Program-made: the position numbers and the translations under genes
Origin: Camelus ferus
Taxonomy: Eukaryota
Assembly: GCF_009834535.1 (NCBI RefSeq)
Contig: NC_045696.1
Location: forward strand, 36,086,001-36,150,000
Direction of reading: 5' to 3'
Length of the DNA stretch: 64,000 nt
Notes under the pieces: generated by a model
Database searches by the model: none
What the model saw: the letters and a program-made list of their open reading frames with translations, nothing else
What the model was told of the DNA's origin: nothing
Shown: positions 35,506 through 48,935 of the stretch, piece by piece
Layout: each line of letters opens with the position of its first letter
How positions within the stretch are numbered: position 1 is the first letter of the stretch

Positions 35506-35839
35506 GTTAATTAAAATTAAAAAGGGCTTGCTATGTACCAGGTGCTCAAAATGTATTAATTCATGTAGTCCTCACATTTGTTCTTGAGGGACATTATATT
35601 CTACACATTGAGGCCCCACAGCCCTCCACTTGATAATGTCAGAGCTGAGCTTTGCACCCAGCAAAGTTTTGGAGTCTGTGCTTTTAACACTTCTCCCAAT
35701 TTTCACCAGAAACTAATCCAAGATAATGGTTACCTAATTAGGAGTATAGGTTTATTCTTAGAAAATCCTTTCCTGGAAAAGCATGCAATCAGTGGAAATT
35801 GTAGCACAAGCAGAGAGAGATGAGAAGGGAAAGGAAGCA

Positions 35840-36090
35840 TGTTTATCGACCACACTCTTGGGCTAGATTTGGGGCTTTACATTTATTCATCTGACTCACT
35901 CAGTCATTAGTCACTGAAAGTACTGTATTCTATTTAATCATCACAACTACTGCATAGGATAGGTACTATTCCACACGACAAATGAGAACACTGAGACCCA
36001 GAGACGTTAAGTAATTTGCCTGTCATCAGAGTCAGGATTGAAAACTAGTTATATCCAACCACAAAGTCATTATATTTTTATTTTAGTGCT
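35840..36090 (-). mobile_element. MIR SINE
   Basis: TTTAATCATCACAACTAC...GATAGGTACTATT...AAATGAGAACACTGAGACCCAGAGACGTTAAGTAATTTGCC. Confidence 0.75.
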
Positions 36091-37618
36091 TCTGCCTAAT
36101 ATTCCATTTAACTCAGTTGAGTAAATGTAGATCTGATAGTATCTGGCAATAAATCGTAAACAGCTCTGATCTTAGCAGCCACATTTGAGGCAGGCCTTGA
36201 GGCATTCGTAGCACTTTTGTGAACAGTCAACTTCTATTGAGAGGTTTTGCTCCACTCCCAACTTCCACTCCAAACCCCTCCCCCACTTCCCCCAGCCTGG
36301 TCTACAACATTAATGCAGGTTTTCCCCCAGTGCTTCTTGTCCTTATCATTCAAAAGTTATTTCCTTTGCAATGTTATGATAGATGTCCTTGTATGTCTTA
36401 CACAGATGAACTTGCACTTTCTATTTTTGCCTATGACCTCTGCTAGGGCCTAAAACTCCAGCTCTGGCAGTAAGTGGAAGCATTTTAACAAAGGAAGATG
36501 TCTGCTATCAGCTGGAATAAATAGGTCTTGCCTGAATTCTCCCAACAGCTCACTAGTCATAATCTATCTACAGGGCCTGAGGTCACTTGGTAGGAGAGAT
36601 TCTAATAAAATAGCTGGTCATTTCTCACTTAGTGTCTCTCCCCTCATGGTGAGATGTCCTCATATAATAACAATATAATTATGTAGCATTCATCTTTGAT
36701 GCTAGTACCTATCACTAAATAGGCATTTAATAAACATGTATTGAATGAATATAAAGTAATCCTGAAAATGTCAAACTAGTATTACAATGTTTCACCAGGC
36801 TATTGATTCTTCTTGTTAAATTAATATTGATTCTTCTTCTAAAATTTGTATTTGTCATCAAGGAATCAGGATGCATGTGAAAAGCAGGTTTTCAATTACT
36901 GCACAAAGCAATTAAACATCCAAATCTGTAATAAATCAGGCCAATGTGTGATCTTAATATGTGGAATATTAGTTTTTCTTGATTGCCAAAAGTTTAGCAT
37001 CTTTTAGCATCTAGGAGTTCTCTATCTCCTTTGTTACATGCAGAATAAAATCTCTTATATCGCTTCCATGTATCAACAAAGTCATTTTAGATGCAGGAAC
37101 CATTAAATTTCCATGTCTTGGACCATATTCAGTTATTCATCCAAAGCTCTCAACAGAGAATTACAATGCTCATTCTCACTCAACATCTTAGTAGATCACC
37201 CTAATCACTAAATATTATATTGACAGCAAGAAGAAAAAGTAAAACCTACTGTAATAAACAAGTAGGTATGCAAAACTATTTCTTCAATGATATCTTCATG
37301 CTTTCCTTTTCTGCACCTCAACTCTATGTCTCCATCCACCATTACGAATAACACAGTAGGCAACCACAGAAAAACAAAAGCCCCTAAAAATAGTAATGTT
37401 AAATCATAACATACCTAATAACAAAAGTATTTTTCTAACTCTAATGAGTAAGTGGAGAGTTAAGGAAAATTCTCAATCTGCTAGTGATCAGGGCCTAAGG
37501 CTAGCCTAATGTAATCTAATATGCACGCTAATTTTATATGCAATATAATAACAAGCATGGTTTGCCAAAGTTTAGAGTCTTGGACTCTTAACTAAAGCAA
37601 TTACTATAAGATGATTTC

Positions 37619-37851
37619 CAGGGGGGCGGAGGGTGGGAAGGGATAGACTGGGATTTCAAAATTGTAGAATAGGTAAACAAGATTATACTGTATAGCACAG
37701 GGAAATATACACAAAATGTTATGGTAGCTCACAGAGAAAAAATGTGACAATGAGTGTGTATATGTCCATGTATGACTGAAAAATTGTGCTGAACACTGGA
37801 ATTTGATACAACATTGTAAAATGATTATAAATCAATAAAAAAAGTTTAAAA
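37619..37851 (+). mobile_element. Young, short 5'-truncated L1 3' end
   Basis: G-rich tract, ATACTGTATAGCACAGGGAAATATA, TGTATGACTGAAAAATTGTGCTGAACACTGGAATTTGATACAACATTGTAAA, AATAAA and an A tail; 11-bp TSD AAGATGATTTC (37608-37618, 37852-37862). Confidence 0.9.
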
Positions 37852-38939
37852 AAGATGATTTCATTTTTTAACATTAAAATTTCAAGAAATTGATCTACAG
37901 GGCGGAAAGTCAGTAGAAAGATAAATCAATATATTAAATAAAAATGTAGCTTGAATTTATAATAATTGTTTTAAAAATTCTAAGTTGGTCAAGGCTAACA
38001 ATTTTGTAGCATCCAAAAAGTATAAATATACTTAAAATAACAGCAGTTCTTAAAACAAAAAAAGCAATTTGTTCATAGAGAAATTTATTTGTGTAGACTG
38101 GGAATTCTGAGCCCAAAGAGAATAAGAGAGGCTCACTGAGGCAGGGAAGGACTGCTAATTCTGGCCGCCTGTAGTTTTATTTTGTGGTTGTGTTAAAAGC
38201 AAAAGGATTAGAGTCCAAGAAACAGCAGCCATAACTAGTACAGGTGAAAATAAACACACTTAGTGGTGGTGGTAAAAGAAATAGTAAAAGAATAAATATT
38301 AAGTGAGTCTACATTATGATCTAGATCCTGTATCAGAACTCTTAAAGCCCTGCCACTTTAAGATTCAGAAGAACAGAGGTTAAATACCAGTAATCTAGTC
38401 CCATTTCTTTATTCTATAGATAAATATCCTTAACCATAATGGGAAAATAATTCTCCAAAGCAGCAAAGCATCTTAGTGGCAGAGTTAGCACTAAAACTCA
38501 GGTTTCCTAGTCCCTGTTTTTGACCAAGTACACCAAAATGCTTAAAAGACTAGTTTTCTTAATGTGTTTAGACAATTCAATGAATCATTGTGAAACTAGA
38601 TATTTCAACATTCTGTTGCTGAATAACTTGAAAATGCTAGTAGTTTTTTAGCCATTGTAATAAACTGTTTCAGAGCAAAAGAAACAGAAAAACACACATA
38701 ATGAAAAATATTCTTAGACAATGCTCATTAACTGAAAATAGCATTCTTCACTGTATAATTGCATGTAGACTTTACAGAAGAATAAAGAATACAAGTCCAT
38801 GTCCATATTTTAAAAGTTTTCTCTTTGGAGTAAAATTTTCTTGAGATCTTTTTATTATATATCATCTATCTCCAACATATCAGAGGAAGCACCTTTGCTG
38901 TTCAAATGTAGTATAACAGGGTTTCTACCAATTAGACGC

Positions 38940-39410
38940 ATTTCAACTAGGTCTTAACAAATGAATAAGAATTTGCTGGGCAAGGAATGGCTATAGGAAT
39001 AGAGATTATTTCCTGCAAGAAATGACCTGAGCAAAGTACCAAATTATGTAAGTGGTAGACTGAAGTGAGAAAGACCCATGGAAGAGTCTTTGAAGGCTCA
39101 TGCAATGGTGAAAGATGATCAGTAGAGAACAGCGACAGTTTGGCAGACATTAGAGAGATTCAAGAAAATTCTGGTCAAAGCATCAGCATGACTTAGGAAC
39201 AAACTCGACATGGACAGTAGGAGAAAATGGAGAGTTGTTGAGCATGACATCAAGTTTTTAGCATGGAAAGCTGGGTGGCTGGTGATGCCTTTAACCAAAA
39301 TTAAAGAACACAAGAAGAGAAGCAGATTCAGCCATGTTTGGGCTATGGTTCTTGTTGGAATCCACATGTGTTTTCTTGGTTGAGCTGAAGATTTATATTC
39401 AACATGTTGA
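38940..39410 (-). mobile_element. L2 fragments
   Basis: GCATGACATCAAGTTTTTAGCATGGAAAGCTGGGTGGCTGGTGATGCCTTTAACCAAAATTAAAGAACACAAGAAGAGAAGCAGATT is typical L2 text. Confidence 0.65.
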
Positions 39411-39413
39411 TGG

Positions 39414-39981
39414 TGATGGTACACAGATGTCTAAGAAGACCCCCAATGATTTCTATGGGCTAGAATTCGTATCTTTATATAATTCCTTCCCCTTAAAAGT
39501 AAGTTTGCTCTAGTAATTTGTTTCTTACCCATAAGATATGACAAAAGTGATAGGATGTCACTTCCATTATTAGGTTAGAAAAACTGTGACTTCCACTTGG
39601 CTAGCAGATTCCCTTTCTTCCTGGCCTTGATGAAACAAGTTGCCATGTTGGAAAAGCTTACATGGAACAAACTGAGGCCAGCTTCCAGCCAATAGCCAGT
39701 AGGGAAGAGAGGTCTTTTGTTCAACAGCCCTGAATCCTGCCAGCAACCATTTATATGAGCTTCAAAGGAGATCCTTCCCTAGTCAAGCTTTCAGGTCAGA
39801 CCCCAACCCTAGCTGACTCCTTGATTACATTCTTACAAGAAACAGAGGACCCAGCAAAGGTCTGTGCCCAGCTGTCTCACACAAACTATGACCCACACAA
39901 TTATGAGATAATAAATGTGTGTTATGTTAAGCCACCACATTCTGGGGTGATTTGTTTCACAACAAATACGTAACTAATACA
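39414..39981 (+). mobile_element. ERVL-MaLR solo LTR (MLT1E/F-like)
   Basis: CAAAAGTGATAGGATGTCACTTCCA, CTGAATCCTGCCAGCAACCA, GAGATAATAAATGTGTGTTATGTTAAGCCAC...TAACTAATACA. Confidence 0.85.
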
Positions 39982-41509
39982 GTGGTAGTTAAAACCATGG
40001 GAGCAAATGAGATTTAAAATAAATAAATAAAAGTTATTCCAAGACCAATCTTTCAAGAAAATCAGGAATATTCTTGGGCTCCTATCTTCTCTTTCATTAC
40101 CATTTCTGGGTTCCTAGATTCTCAGTTCTCTACCCTGTCGCCAGGTCTCCTTGTCAAAAAGGAAAAAAATCTGGCAACTTTATTCCTAGTAAAGGGTTAT
40201 TTTGTCATAATGTGCTGATTTGGTGGGAGGGAATACTTTTATTTGAAGAGAGAAGATAAGGAGATATTCTCTAATGCTGACGTATCAGGCACTGATATTC
40301 ACGGGTAAGAATTTTACCCTGTCCATGCAGCCCCTTATGTCACTCCACACGGACTGTTAAATGTGAACTCTTATGTCACCATAGAAATATTTAAATATAC
40401 TTTAAGATTGTGGTTTAAGATTCTCAAGGATGAGCAAAGTTTCAATTCATATCAAAACAAGGCCATGAGTAAAATACTTGTGTGAATTATCTTTTACTTT
40501 CCAGAGTGACTTGGTTATTCAATTTGGACATTGCCCAAATCTTTATAGTAATATCAGGTGGCTTCTGCAGCTATTCCAAGGCACAATGACATAGATGAAT
40601 CCACAGAGCAAATGATTTTCTTTCTGATAAATTTTATTTGGCTGCCTGAAGTGTTTAATTATGATTATTAGTTAAAACATCACATAGGTGTACTTTTTCA
40701 TATTATACATTTGGGGAGCAGACTTTTTTTTTTCTGGAGTAAATCTAAATGTATTTCAAGATTATTACTCTGTTTAGGGGAATGTAAGTTCCAGAAAAGG
40801 GCCTGAATTGAAAATGTGAATGAAACTATGGTTTCACCACTAATGCTAGCCTCTTTAACAATGACACACACCAAGAACTTATGGATGCATATGATACATA
40901 TTTGATTATCTACTAAATGACTCTGTAGTAAAAGGAAAATCCAAGTTGTCTAAAAGCGTAAACCTTCATGGATTAATAATTTCTCTACCAAGATATTCTT
41001 AAGAATGTGCCACATTTTTATAAACAAAAATACAGTTTCAGGTTGCAAAGTGTTTAGAATAGTTTATAAAAGCATTATTCACAATATCCATGATATTTCC
41101 ACCAAAAGAGACCCAGACACTCATGAGCATCACATCATTTATGCGTCTTTGAATATACCTATCAACGAAGCAAAAACCTAACAGCCTTCCAGGATTATCT
41201 CCTGTGCTTTAAAAAACTGGATTCCTAGTCGCTAGACCACAGAGGTTGTGATTATAATCTGGAGAGGCATCTAGGCATATGTGCTCTAGGACCCTTTTTG
41301 TATGAGTTATACAATGCCAGGGTTGAAGCACCACAGGTTATTAGGATTTTTGAACACAATTGAGCCTAATTCTTTCCACTTCAGTCACTGAGGTGTCAGT
41401 ACTGGAGAGAGCAAATACCGCCAGAGGGAGAAACACATATATGCAGATATTCAAAACAACTTCTATATGAACCGATTCCATGGCTCCTGGAAGGGGTCAG
41501 AGTGTGAAG

Positions 41510-42595
41510 AAAGTGTGACGATGCCATGAGGAAAATATCATTGGGGTAATTATCACTCACCCTAATGGAAGGATGTCTTTCCCCTCACCTCAAATCTTTC
41601 AAGGCAACCACTCTGAAAGCTTTGAAAAGTGTTCACTGGAGTTGAGCAACCCAGAGGATAGGTACCAAATCATGCCTGAGACAGTTAAATAGTGGCTTGA
41701 GTAGAACTCCCAGACAATATAGGGATGGAGAGAGGGTCTGATAACTACTTTCAAACAGAATCAGGAGACTTCTGCTCTGTGGCCACTGGGCTGCTCTCTC
41801 AAAGGTGGTCAAGGCAAAAGACTCAGCCTGGGGGTCACCCTGGGTACTATTCCATAAGGCCCTTCTAGGGACAAAAAGAACACAGCCAAAAAAAACGGTT
41901 GGATGTGTGAAGCTGGATGCCCAGCACCTGAGAAAGGAGCCTGAGTCTTCATGACCTCTCAGAAGAGAGATTTGTGGTTTACCTGCTGGTGTCAGTGGAA
42001 CCAAAGGAGAGCACAAGGACTCCCAGAAGCCTACAAAAGGGCACTATGAAGGACTCACCCACTGGACCCAGACAGCACAGTCAGCTAATGATGGTACAAT
42101 TTCAGGTCAGATCTCTCCAAAGCCCTCACTTCACTTTTTTTTTTCCTGTTCCCTTCGAACATACAAGGTAAGAAACAGCAGCTAGCAATGGAGGGAGCTA
42201 GCAAGCGGTGAGAGCGGGGTGATGTGGTGGGTTCAGGCTTGCTGGAAGGAAAGAGAAGCCAGGCATGGCTGCTTCCCTGCTGTAGACTTCCAGACTGAGG
42301 CTCCTCAGTCTGGGGATGAAGAAAAGACTTTGGTGGTAAGTCAAGCTCACAGTCTTTTATTAATGTAGAACCAGACATCCTATTTACCAATCTGAGATAT
42401 GTTTAAGACTTAAAATTAATGGAAGACCTATTACTTAAGAATTATAGAAAAATCATGGTGCCTGCATCTATTTTCGTCTCTGAAGGAATAGCCTCACTGA
42501 ACACATTTTGAATGGGCAGAGGGAGACAAAAATAAAGTTGCCTCTTAATCATGTCATATGACACACTTGTTTGTTAAATTACATTTAGTAACTTA
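41510..42595 (+). mobile_element. Possible ancient LTR (LTR78-like)
   Basis: Purine-rich, moderately GC block ending GAGGGAGACAAAAATAAAGTTGCC..., reminiscent of ancient LTR 3' ends. Weak recall only. Confidence 0.35.
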
Positions 42596-43046
42596 ACAAT
42601 GATTTGATTACAGGGGAATAAGAGGGACCATGAAATACCACTTGTGATGTAGGTAAGTATTCTGGATGATTCGTGGGGAAAAAAAACTGATGTTTGCACT
42701 TAAGATCACTTATATAGCATTTTTATTTTCTACCCATTGGAGAAAAAATGGTTATTTCACATTCAGCTTCCTAGAGACCAAAACACTCAAGAAAACCTCA
42801 AATGTGTAATGCTTCTTATCAAAAGTAAATGTCACACCATGAACCCAAAGTTTTCCTACAACCAATCTCTAAAAATAAATTCTCATTAAGTGTGGGATAT
42901 ACCCTAAGAGATGCCAAACAGAAGCAAAATATGCCTTAAACACATAAAGATGCCTTAAAGCCCAGCTGTTTACCAAAACTCTGGCATCAAAACTTGCATT
43001 GTACATGGTCTTTGGTAATAAGAGTGAAAAAAAATACACTGGCACA

Positions 43047-44058
43047 TGTAATTAGTTTCCTGTGGCTGCTGTAACAAATGACCACAGTCTTGGAGCTAAA
43101 AATAACAGAAATTTATTCTCTCACAAATCTGGATACCAGAAGTTCAAAACCAGTTTCACTGAGCTGAAATCAGGTGTTGTAAGGGGGTCCTGCTCCCTCC
43201 GGAAGCTCTAGAGGAGAATCCCTTCCTTGTCTCTTCCACCTTCTGGCAGCTGCCCAAGTGCCTTGGCTTGTGGCCACATCGCTGTAGTCTCTGCTTCCAC
43301 TGTCACATTGCATTACCTTCTGTCTGTGTAAAACTCCACTTCCCGCCCACTTATAAAGATACCTGTGGTTGCACTGGGACCCACGTTGATAATCTATAAT
43401 AATCTCCTCAGCTCAATATCCTTCATTTAACCACATCTGCAAAGACCCTTTATTCCAAAGTGAAAATAAATAAAGGAAAACCTCATGGAAAACAGAGTCA
43501 GGAAGGCCTGAAGGGAGCGCTCTCAAGAATGCACCACTAGCTGCAGCCTCCCTGGTCAGCAGGGAGAAGGAAGACAGTTTGTGTATTTCTTCATCTAAAA
43601 TTCTCTAGGTCTCAACTTCTTATCCATGACACAAGACTTACTCTTCTTCTGGTACAAGGTAGAACATTTTTCACATGGGAGTTTCATTTCCTGCTTTTAA
43701 GAAAATGAAGGAAGATCCCTCCTGCCCCAGCAACACACTAACCACTGCCTGCAACCAATGAGAAACAGCCACAAACTTGAACTCTTGTTTTCCCCAATAA
43801 ACTTTTATTCAAAACAACCCTCCCCAATTTCCTCCCCAAACCTAATAAAAGCAAACCCCTCTCTTTTTGTTCTCTGGGCTTGCCTAAGATTCACCATAGC
43901 TTGCTTGTCCCAAATTGCAATTCTCAGCTATTCCCAAATAAACTCATTTTCTTGGTGAAATAACTGGCTGCTTTATTTCTGAGATTGACATCAACACATA
44001 GTAACATTCTCTAGTTTCAGTGGCTGTCTCTTAGGGGATCATTTTTCAGCCTACCACA
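43047..44058 (-). mobile_element. MaLR LTR (MLT1C/D-like) in two pieces, 43047-43460 and 43991-44058
   Basis: TAGTTTCCTGTGGCTGCTGTAACAAATGACCACA...CACATCTGCAAAGACCCTTT, resuming as GTAACATTC...TTCAGCCTACCACA; TSD-like GCACA/ACACA. Confidence 0.85.
43461..43990 (+). mobile_element. ERV1-class solo LTR (MER34/MER39-like) nested in the MLT1 LTR
   Basis: TG...CA ends; CAACCAATGAGAAACAGCC; CCTAATAAAAGC TATA-like; TTGCAATTCTCAGCTATTCCCAAATAAACTCATTTT...TTGACA 3' end. Confidence 0.65.
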
Positions 44059-44439
44059 ACACATAAACAGCAATAGATATATTACATAACATGTAGAATA
44101 AGACTTTTAATCCACCAATATACTTCAGGTAATAAATTAGCACTGGAAATTCTGAAATTCAATGGGATTCAGTAACATCATCATTAATGAAATTAATTCT
44201 CCCATTTTATCTACAGATACAATTTTTACTTCTCAGCTGTAGTGACAATAGAATAGGTTTCTGGAAGCCAAGGGTATTGGTGAAATGGTCTGTGTAAATG
44301 TGGGACCAGATTATTATAAAATTCCATTACTCACAAATGCCTCTTCTAAGAGCACTACATACAGAAAGGAAATTTATTGCTCTCCCTTTTGGATAGTAAA
44401 ATCTAAAATAGCTCAATATGGGACCTCAGCTTACCACAG

Positions 44440-44600
44440 AATTTTAATGCTGGACGGTATCTCAGCCCATCATCCTTACTTTTCAGATAAGAAAAGTGAG
44501 GCTCAGTCAAATGACTGCTCATAGGTCCCACAGCTAATACATGGCAGAATGAGATCAGAATTAATACTTCCTCACTTCTTGTTCATGCTCTTCCTTTTAA
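44440..44600 (-). mobile_element. MIR SINE fragment
   Basis: CTTACTTTTCAGATAAGAAAAGTGAGGCTCAG...GGTCCCACAGCTAATACATGGCAGAATGAGATCAGAA. Confidence 0.75.
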
Positions 44601-47600
44601 GCTATGCACTCTCTTTTTCGTTTGGTCATTTACTAAAATAAAAGCCAGTTTTAATCACTTCCTTGTTTAGATTTTTCAGCCCTTAGAATTAAAGCACAGT
44701 AATTAGTATGTACGCCTTTATTTCTGGATTTAGTAATGTAAACATTCCTACTGATCCCTTATCAACAAAAGTCTGACCTGCAAAAGAGGGAATTCAGAAG
44801 GACAGTGCTTAATACTCAACTGCTATCAGGCTAATTCAAAGGAGTTGGTTCAGTTAAGATTTAAATGTGCACAAAAGGAAACAAAACCTGCAAATGTACT
44901 TGGTACAGATCTATCTACCAGCAGCAGTGAGCAGGGCTGAATTTGTAACAGCTGGGGAGGTTCCTATCTACAAATTAAATTAAAGATGCAGAAATTTTCT
45001 CTCCCACACCAAACAAGTTGGTTTGTGGTTTTCTAAAAAATCTCACTAGCTGTATATCTTTTTTTTTTCTTACAAAGAGAGACTTGATAGAAGGGCAAAA
45101 TGTCACTCTGATATCCTTTGTAAACCATCTGCTTTCAAGTTTGCCAGGCAAGCCTAGCAAGGAGACAGTTGATTACAATGTAAGCTGCCCCTGTGTCTCT
45201 AAGTGATGCCAGGACGCCATTTGAGAAATCCAACTTAAAAAAATCTGAGTAGGTGATTTTGAAATGATTTTGTTCTTGTAATTGCTCATAACATAAAATA
45301 TAGGAGACGTTACAACACTGTCCAAACTTTTTCTCAGAATATTATATATCTTGTTTAGACAGTTAGAACTCCCTGCTATTATTTATTTATGCCAATATAA
45401 ATTATTCTCTTCAAATGAACTCAAGTCACGTAAACTCTGGTTCCAGGAACTAGAGCACGCTTTCTTTTGGAGAGATGTGAATTTCACCTCATTCCTTGAA
45501 AATTGAAAAATCAAATAACAAACAAGCCTAGTGTTTGCAATCAATACCTAGTTCAGTAACTCCTTGAAATTGTTTACTCCAGTGTGAGTTGCAGTCTTAA
45601 AGTATTAAGGACTTGAAGTCATTTTTTTTGCTATCAACTCCAAAACCAAGATCCACTATAGTAGGGAGTTGCCTTTATTATGGGGACCTGAAGGGGTGTC
45701 TGGTTTGGGTTGTTTTTTTTTTTTTAAAGCCAAAAGCCAATTCAAGAATGATGAATGGTGTTAGTTTGACAACACCAAAGACTGAAATTCTTCATTTTTT
45801 CCAAGGTTTAGCCAGGCAATGACTGCAATTTCTTTTACAGTTTACACAGTGAAGTGCATTAATTCTTACCCGGATAAGCTGATTCTTAAAATGTGGTATC
45901 AGGATCATGATCTACTCCAACGATTCCTTTTCTCCAGTAGCCCTTGTAAATGTGAGGGTAGATGTATTGAAAGAGACTCTTTTTACTTTTTAAGATTTTT
46001 TTTTTAGTTGGAACTGAATAAAGCTTTCTGATTGAATTTATTTAGGTCAGCACACTGATTAAAGGCTAGAGCTGATCTGGACCTGACCCCAACAATGACT
46101 GTTCTATGGGCCCAATCTCAGATGGGGTTCAGATTTATTAACCTGAATCCATTGTCAGATTGGAAGAAAAATCTCAAGGAGAGTTTACACTTACACTGTC
46201 TACCTTTTGACTTTAACAAAAGCTTTACCCAGCTCTGTGGTTGGCACCAATAACAGTGGTGATAAGGAAGAATGGATATTCCTTCGTTGCTAAGGGACCG
46301 CTGTGGAATATGGAGAGAAAAAGTCATGTTCATCTAGTGATTGCCATCCAGGTAATAACAACTTCTAGTTGCTAATATACAATCCAGCTTTGAATGAGAA
46401 TCATTTTTTTCTGGAGACAATTTGTTTTTCACTTATTGACTCCTGTAAGTAACTAGTTTACAGCATTTAAACAGTTTCATTGAAATAATTATAGAAACTC
46501 AATGAAAGGATGGAAGACATTACTTCATTCATTATTTCTATGCACTGTTTCCTTCAACTTTTTAAATATCATGTGTACTTTTTAAAAGAAGGTTATTAGT
46601 AGAGATGGAAGCTGAGTCTATATGAATAGTAGTTGAAAATTTGAAGAACCATTATGATAATAACACTTTGCTGAAGTTATGATGCTAATTAAATTTGTGG
46701 GGCAACTACAATGTAGCATTTGTTGCTAGAAACTTTTGGCATAATGAAAATATAACTTGTTTCAAAGTGTTATCATCACCTCAGAAAAATAATAATACAC
46801 TGAAAAATGTGAAACAAAACTTCAGTGTTACCATCAAATATTGCATGTTCTTTTGATAATTAGTCTCCTTTAGAGTGAATCTTTTTTTTACATAGTTGAG
46901 TGTTAAATAATGTGGCATGGTTTCCAAATACTGATGGAATTCAAATAAAAAATAAATTTAATGAAGTATGGAATATTTGCATTGTGAACTAGGATTTAGA
47001 AAAAAGAAAAAAAATTTTAAATAGGATTGGAGTAGGACATTGCTTATTAAAAAATACCACCAAACACGTGGTATGAGAATGAATTATATTGGAACAGAGA
47101 GGCTTTCTCATTCCTCTGGTGGATAAAACAGACTTTGCAGTGACCTTAATGAATATTGTTTTTTTCCTTTACACAAAACTTTTAAGAAGTGAAAAACTGA
47201 GTGATTGTTAGGATAATTTCAACCTATATTTTTAAAAAAAGCAATTCATAGCAAATTCAGTTTGAGAGAGAAAAAAGACAAAACACTATTCTTCTTCTTG
47301 AAGGATTAAATTTGGGGGTTAAGATTTGCTGCCCACAAGATTGACAGATTTTTTTTTTTAAACTCTTATCTTGATTTAAAATAATGAAAGCTAAATGAGA
47401 AATTTTCTTGGATTCATTAGACTTACATGGCACTTCATAGCTTGCAAGTATAATCACTTACATTACTTATTTTATCCTAGACTGGAGAAACAATAGCTGG
47501 TACAAATGTCATGACTTCCTAACTGTATGCCTTTGTTCTTTCCTTTTTCTATTTAAAGTTTAGTTTTTTTCTTCTGTTATTTGAAAATAATAATATTTAT

Positions 47601-48564
47601 CAAACAGAGTTTTCATAAATATTTTAAACATTTAGTGCTTGGAAGAGAGTTGGCAATCAAGCACAAGGCCACTGTGTAGACTGGGCATTGCCACCATTTA
47701 AAAGATGACTTAAATCCAGGAAAAGTCAGGTATCTTGCCAAAGATTTCACACATCAAAGGGCAGACATAATAGTAGTCTTCAGAACTACTATCCTGTGAT
47801 TTTTCTGCTATATTGCATATCTTCAATACAAATAATTTTACATATGATCATATTGATTGATGTGAGAGTCTCCAGGCACATTTTTATTTATATTTAACAA
47901 GGCCTATATCACTTTTATATTTTAGTGGTATGTCATCCCTGCTATGCTGCTTAAACGATGTAGTCATGGGGTATATGCTGTGTGCTATTGTTTTTCAAAA
48001 TCACACATTAAACTTGGAGCACCTTAAAGATGGCAGGGAGAGGAATATTTTATATAAAAATAAGCAACCATATATAAACCATATATAATAAGGTCAACTT
48101 TCTATTTTTAAATATTAAACAAAAAATGTGCTTATAGAAGTTTGTTTTAAATCATTTTCCAATCCCTAGTTTATATGATCACATTTGCTGCTGTGCTTGA
48201 TACTTTTGGAAGGAAGTATTGGAACTGAAAGAAATACCATGTTAAAAATCACAAATATCATGTTAAAGGGCATTTGTGTTCCCCAGAAATCCACATTTCA
48301 TAGGCTAGAGATTGGCATGGTTTCTAATCCTCTCTTCATACTGTAATTTCTCTATATTCTTACATCTACTCTTCCCATTTCTCCTTCTCCTCCATTTTGA
48401 AGATTTTGAAGGAAGGAGTACTAAGTATAGAATGGTCAAAGTCACTCTAAGGAGGGAAACAAGCCCAATACTTTATGCTACGTATAGTATTTCTGTATTC
48501 TAAAGGGCATGAATTTACTTGAGGTAAAATTAAAAGTCTTAATTATATTAAGTGTTCTCAAATC

Positions 48565-48935
48565 AGTGACATGTATGCTGGGTAGTAAACTTTATATTCA
48601 AACTTCTGTACTGCTCTTTCTGATGCTGGGGATGGAAGTCTGTAAACCATATTTCTGCTTTACCCAGCTGGGTCCCTGTTGGACTGCACCAATAGGGGGC
48701 GCTAAAGGGAGCCAGGAAAGCTGAAGGAAAAGAGTTGCTGCTTCCTGTTCTTGTCCCACAGGCCCCAGCACACACATTCTCCCTAGCAGTGACACTTCTT
48801 CAGGAAGCACAGCTAATTCCAATTTGCAGTTTTTCCAACATTCCCATTGTCTTACTTTGAATCACTGATTCCGGCACTATTTCTTTTGAAATCATTTCCT
48901 AAGTGCCTTGGTTATTATCACAAATAACACTGACA
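48565..48935 (+). mobile_element. Old ERVL-class LTR (LTR50/LTR41-like) containing a CTCF-like motif
   Basis: CTGTAAACCATATTTCTGCTTTACCCAGCTGG...CCAATAGGGGGCGCTAAAGGGAG. Subfamily uncertain. Confidence 0.5.

Noticed and set aside
46122..46152. Hairpin as a pre-miRNA
   Set aside because: The stem is only about 10 bp and imperfect, too short for a Drosha substrate, and I recognise no mature miRNA.
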